Positions 58,819 to 64,000 of a DNA stretch of 64,000 bases are shown in pieces. The translations under genes were made by a program, and so were the position numbers. How positions within the stretch are numbered: the stretch's first letter is position 1; each line of letters starts with the position of its first letter. This stretch comes from Haliotis rufescens (taxonomy: Eukaryota): NCBI RefSeq assembly GCF_023055435.1, contig NW_025963779.1:86242001-86306000 (forward strand). The letters are read 5' to 3'. The notes under the pieces were generated by a model, which was given only the letters and a program-made list of their open reading frames with translations, was not told where the DNA came from and searched no databases.

Positions 58819-59327
58819 GTAAGTCTCCGTCTAACTCCCCATATAGCCGGCCTCTCTACTTGCAGTAGTACACGCTAAGCACAGTGTCAAGGCACTATGC
58901 TTCGTGTCATTTAGGTTCCTTAATTCTTGTATTATAGAATCTTATTTGATTAATACGTTGAATTTATATTCCTGTTCTTTATATTGTATTTATATTCTTG
59001 TGAATAATAAGTAACATAAGTTATAAAAGTCTTGTAATTGTTTAACATATATACAGTGCTTCAGATTGTCAAAGTGCAGACAAGATGTCTGCCATTTCAA
59101 AGCAATATGAATCCCCAAGTCTTCTGTTTTTCACCTTGTCGATTTTCTCACTTGGTCACTTGACCTATGTTTTCAAAACATCTGAAGCTCTGATAAGAAA
59201 ATTCTACAAAAAACTGAATTTTTTTTATGGAAGTACAAGAACTAGTTGGAGTAGATATTGTCCTATTAATGTTATGAGATCTAGTTGCAGGATGGACTAA
59301 TCTCTGAGCTTATTGTTCTGTCAACAG

Positions 59328-59345
59328 CTTCTCCAGGGTGGAGAC
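59328..59345 (+). CDS. Weaker candidate 18-nt (or 9-nt) microexon of IQGAP
   Basis: gactaat...ttgttctgtcaacag|C TTC TCC AGG GTG GAG AC|gtaata; frame preserving but the donor is mediocre. Confidence 0.3.
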
Positions 59346-60138
59346 GTAATACGATGTATCGTTAGATTGTACTCAAACAACTTCAGACAGTTCATTCCAA
59401 ATTTAGAAAATCCTGCCTTTATTCTATTTTACACATTTATGTAGTTGTGTAGAAATACATAAATGGTCGGTTTTGGTGTTTAATTTGCAAGCTGTGTGTT
59501 TTCAGCAATACTGTCTCTTTATGATGTTTGGGTACATAACAGTTTATTACAATTGGTATATATCAATTTATACATGTAAATATATGTGTATACTCTTCCA
59601 AAAAAGAAGTGTTACATCTAATTGAGACTAGATTGAGATAATTCAATGCAAATATATGGTAGAATTAAACACAGAGCTATCCCAGAGGTGCTGGAGTCGA
59701 GAAGGGTGGTTTTGTGCAGGTGGTCTTCCTGCCTTGGGCCTACCAGAGATGCATGGCCTTCCAGTGATTGTGTGTGTCATCCACATCCTGGTGACGGTTG
59801 CCCTGGATACATTCATGGCCCGAGTGACATCCTGCTGGGCTAGTTCCAGCCTCCAGACTGCTGATGGGGTTGGTCTCGTGTCTGTCTTGTCAGGTTGAGG
59901 ATATCTGAGCGTATGTCGGGATTGAGATCATGCCCTGCCATTGATGCACACAGGGACAGAGCAAGTCATGTTGCATGTGAATGTGTACAGAATGTGCGAT
60001 ACCTACGTCAAACATTCTCTGTTGTCTTCTAGTAATTTCTGCTCATTTCTGTACATTTTAGCATTCATTACAATCAGCACTTGTGTGCATACCTACAGTA
60101 GCAATAATATATCGTTACCCAACTCATCTCCAGTGTAA

Positions 60139-60299
60139 CGCAGGTACGGTCGGGTAGCCTAGTGGTTAAAGCATTCATCATGCTGAAGACCCATGTTCGA
60201 ATCCTGACATGGGTATAATGTGTGAAGCCAATTTCCGGTGTCCCCCACTGTGATATTTCTGGAATATTGGTAAAATCAGAGTAAAACCATACTCACTCA
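60139..60299 (+). mobile_element. SINE family B
   Basis: TSD ctccagtgtaa. Confidence 0.88.
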
Positions 60300-60804
60300 C
60301 TCCAGTGTAATGTTTCTTTTTTTTTGAAGAGTATATACAGTGCATACTAACTACACATACCTAGTGATATACTGGGGTTGGATGTTTGAATATTCCAGGG
60401 ATGAGAAAAATATGTAAATATATGCAGTGTTCATTTGTCCATTGACTTGTTGAGATGTGGTGCCACTGCCCTCTTGACTACAGGACTGTCCTGAGATTCT
60501 GATGTCATCAATGAACATACCAATAAATGTATATAAGAACAGTTTAGTGGGTCATTTGGTGTTGTGGACCCTGTTCACAAAGTGATTGTAATGTTACAAC
60601 TGTCCTATACTTGCAATATTAACCATTGTCATTCATAAGATGAAATAGTCCTTCTGTTGTTTAACTTAAACCTCCCCACTTGAATTCTCATCCCTGTGGT
60701 CGTCATTACCCTGTTTACTTTTCAGCCATTGCTTTGTACGAGTTCACCTAGTTAGCTAGCGTTAATCGTACTAATGTGTTTCTCTTCTCTCTCTGCCTCC
60801 CCAG

Positions 60805-60810
60805 GCGAAT
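60805..60810 (+). CDS. Candidate alternative 6-nt microexon of IQGAP
   Basis: tactaat gtgtttctcttctctctctgcctccccag|GCGAAT|gtaagt; near-consensus branch point, long pyrimidine tract with TGC, consensus donor, frame preserving. Confidence 0.65.
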
Positions 60811-61812
60811 GTAAGTATGGACATGGTGTATGGGTGATGTCGTGTACCCGATATTACGTCAGTGTTGTTACCACCATCATAATCATGACATCCTCATTGA
60901 GACGGGTCTGCATCTCATACTGGGTTCATACTCTGGACAGACATCGGCCATATGTAGACAACGCCACCCTGTGCACTGACCTCCAGTGTTCCATATAAGC
61001 TTGAAAGTCAAGGTCATAACCCGAAAACTAAAAGTTTTAACTTAACAGTCCCTAGATTCACTTTAATGTAAAATTCAAGGATCCTGGACCTTTGCTTATT
61101 CTAACACAAGAGTAGCAGAAGACAATAAATAAAATTGAAAAAGTGAAACTTTATTAATATTTTGAGTAGTATTCTCTATACTACTTTGCCATATAGGTAT
61201 TTATATATTTGTTAAGTTTGTATTATTTCTGAATTGCAAAGGTTTGGTTACTTGTCTTTAGTGTGAAAGAGGTTGAAAATTGATCAAGTAGACTCCCCGA
61301 TGTATTGAACACAGATCTGTCCAGAGTATGACTCCATCCTCCCCTGTAGTCTGACGCATGTGTCGTGTGTAGGTATGTTGTACATACATCCATGTGTGGG
61401 ACAAGTGGGCGTGTCTGTGTGTCACACAGTGTGTACTACTCCGTACAGTGTACCCTATCATCAATACTTCCTTGTGTTTGGTTGGCACTGTGTGGAGCTG
61501 TCTTTAAATGTTAGAAGCAGTATGTAAGCTCTTCCCTCTTCAGGCAACCCACAGTTTATGTGGTACACACAGTTGAAACTGAACTCATCTTGAAGTGGAA
61601 CGTTTTTGTGCCTCGTGAAGTAGGTTTGAAATGAAATGTACACTATAGGATAAACATTTGAAACATCTAAATTGAAACACAGTTGTTTGTCTACTGATAG
61701 TGTGTGATGTACTATACTAGTGATGTGTCAAAATATATGTCAAGAATTTTAAATTTGAAGACATTTCATTAAACATTTGAGGATGTCTCCACATTGTTCC
61801 CCAAGCGTGATT

Positions 61813-61935
61813 TGGTATATAGGGCTGGCGTATCTAGCTGTCTGTCGTCGTCCAGTGGTATATAGGGCTGGCCTATCTAGCTGTCTATCATCCAGTGGTA
61901 TATAGGGCTGGCGTATCTAGCTGTCTATCATCCAG
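61813..61935. repeat. Tandem repeat of about 40 bp, 3 copies
   Basis: tggtatatagggctggcgtatctagctgtctatcatccag. Confidence 0.88.
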
Positions 61936-62700
61936 CTTACTTCTGTATCAGGCTGGTGGCACCAGAAACATGTATTCATTCTTTGATTCTCTCAGTTCCT
62001 AGTTTCCCATGCAGTTACTTGCAAGTTGGTCAAAGTTAGAACAGAAGACGGAGTAAGAGAAACTCCCACAGAATTCAAGAAAATAGAAACATTCATCCAT
62101 GTTGATATTTGTCTGTTTATTATTGTGTTGTGTAATACATTGCTGTTGTTTCTTGTCTTTCGTTCTACAGTGTGGGTTTTGTACTGTCTTTGTAACAGAG
62201 ATCCACTTGTAGGCCATGCAAACCTTTTGTTATTTTTATAGACAAGCCTATAGTAGGTTTTGCTGAGAAAGGACAAATTGTCTTTGGAAATGGGAGTTTT
62301 AAACATATTTTTGTTTTTCCATTATTTTTCAAGAAAATTGTTCTTTTTAAGGGACATAAGTCTTCATATCAACCCTAACAACAGGTTTTTTCTGTAGTAT
62401 TTTACCTTCTGTTTGTCCATATTATTGACTAAAGAAATAAAAAATGGGCTGGTAAATTTGGTAACATTGTTACGAAAGCTCCAACTCCCCATTGCATTGC
62501 ATGTTTAGGTAGATTATACATGTGCATCATACATGTACACAATTGTTGAACCAACAGGGTAATAGTTTATGAAGATAAGATGATGAAACACGACTGGAAA
62601 GTAATAAATAGAACTGAAAACACAAGCATGTTAGAAAATTCGATTCATGTGTGGTATGACACAGTGTATCAGTCGTTGTTGTCTGCATCATGAACCACAC

Positions 62701-63254
62701 CATCTTTCCAAGGCAAGGGAGCTGACTGAAATTGACAGTCCAGTTTCCACCCTTGCCGAATGAGGCTGGGATTATGGAGTTATTTTTTGGCTGGGCTAAC
62801 AAGTTAATGCACTGTCCAATCAAAATCGCGTAATGAAATCGACATCTGGTTCGTAACTGCCGTGCAGATTGTGGCCGATTGCAGGATTTGCAAAGCATGT
62901 GTGACGCCAAATTGGCTTTAACAGATATTTTCCAGTTCTTTTCATCTTTTGAATCAAGGGGCTCACATAATTCGCAAAGTAAGACCCGATATATCACAAT
63001 ATAGATTTTGATTATCGATCAGATTGTCTTGACTGGGCGCCACCATTTTGTTTAAAGCAAATGCAGACAGACAGATCGCAAATGCAAGTAATATGAGAGG
63101 TGGAATCCGATTGGTCAATAGGAGGGGACATAGAAGCAACATAACTCGTAATAGCCACTGGTGGCGCTACGATCAAGCCCAGAAATTCCAACCTAGTTCA
63201 GCAATGGTGGAAGCTGGACTCTAAGCCAGTTAACACCCTTGATTTGGGAAGATG
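62701..63254. mobile_element. MITE family E
   Basis: catctttccaaggcaaggg...ccttgatttgggaagatg; collinear with 352-893. Confidence 0.85.
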
Positions 63255-64000
63255 GAGTCACACTGCATCCATGAACATCCCCTCTCACTGCATGACGGTA
63301 CAGCCCAAAGAGGGTCCGTATATCCCATCTTACAGAAATATGAGAAATTATCGGGTGCAGTTTATTGGTCATTGCATGGTTAAGTAATGTATTCACAGTA
63401 AAGGCAAATAACAGTGCATGGGACAAGTGATATGAAATATGCATGCCACATAGTGTTTTAGTACCAGAAAACATTATTAAGACCAACAGATAGCAATTGG
63501 TACAGATTGTTTAGTACGAGTATGTAAGTAAGTAGTTGTGTTTCATAAATTTCTTGGGAAGTCGTACCTTGTCCTCACATTCATCAGTCATTTGCTACCT
63601 GTGTGTGTCCACCTCACGGATCTCTGACACTAATTGTTAATGTGCTGTGTGAATTAACACCTTATCTTCTCAGACCTTTGAATCCATATACCTACTGAAT
63701 TACACCAGAAAATAATGTTATATACATGCAATTAAGATAATTCATTCCAAAAAGATCATCAATATACTTGCAGATTTCAGGTAGTAAGAACAATTTAAAT
63801 GTCTGTTGGAAACGACCATAATGTTCCATCACATTGCTTGACTTTCTGTAGACCTCTATCTTATCACTGTGGTTGCTCACTCTTCTAAGCTGTCTCCTCC
63901 GTCAGTTGTCTGTCTGACTTACATACAGGATCAGTAGATTGGAGGCATGTTATCCACGGCAATATTGTATCTTCAGACGACATCGTACAGTAATGTTGGA

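Noticed and set aside
60134-60149. 10-nt AG...GT unit as a microexon
   Set aside because: It shifts the frame and is created at a SINE/TSD junction.
61996-62241. Possible exon after ttctctcag/catgcag and the 71-aa ORF
   Set aside because: Phase-2 entry hits a stop from each acceptor, and there is no similarity to the expected SKVD...GNP RasGAP continuation.

Overview
This is eukaryotic (animal) genomic DNA, most likely a gastropod mollusc such as abalone, inferred from its SINE and MITE repertoire. The whole window appears to lie inside one + strand gene, an IQGAP family Ras GTPase-activating-like scaffold. I traced 25 phase-compatible coding exons from 18368 to 57578 (2928 nt, about 976 codons). 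They encode the CH domain, IQGAP repeats, WW, four IQ motifs and the start of the RasGAP-related domain. The N-terminal exon(s) and the rest of the gene are not in the window. Introns hold four SINE families, several MITE families (Tc2/pogo-, mariner-, piggyBac-, Harbinger- and hAT-like), a Helentron-type HINE with a 156-bp satellite, long-palindrome elements and many minisatellites. Three things stand out. (1) A cluster of frame-preserving candidate microexons (21, 18 and 6 nt) lies in the last intron, at the start of the RasGAP domain. (2) Minisatellites repeatedly copy splice sites, including 19 tandem GT donors after an IQ exon. (3) An abundant SINE has no tRNA head but starts precisely at a compact, pseudoknot-capable RNA fold, a candidate self-cleaving ribozyme. 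There is also a GC-AG intron and an obligatory 22-nt exon. Nearly all long ORFs in the supplied track are tandem-repeat artefacts.
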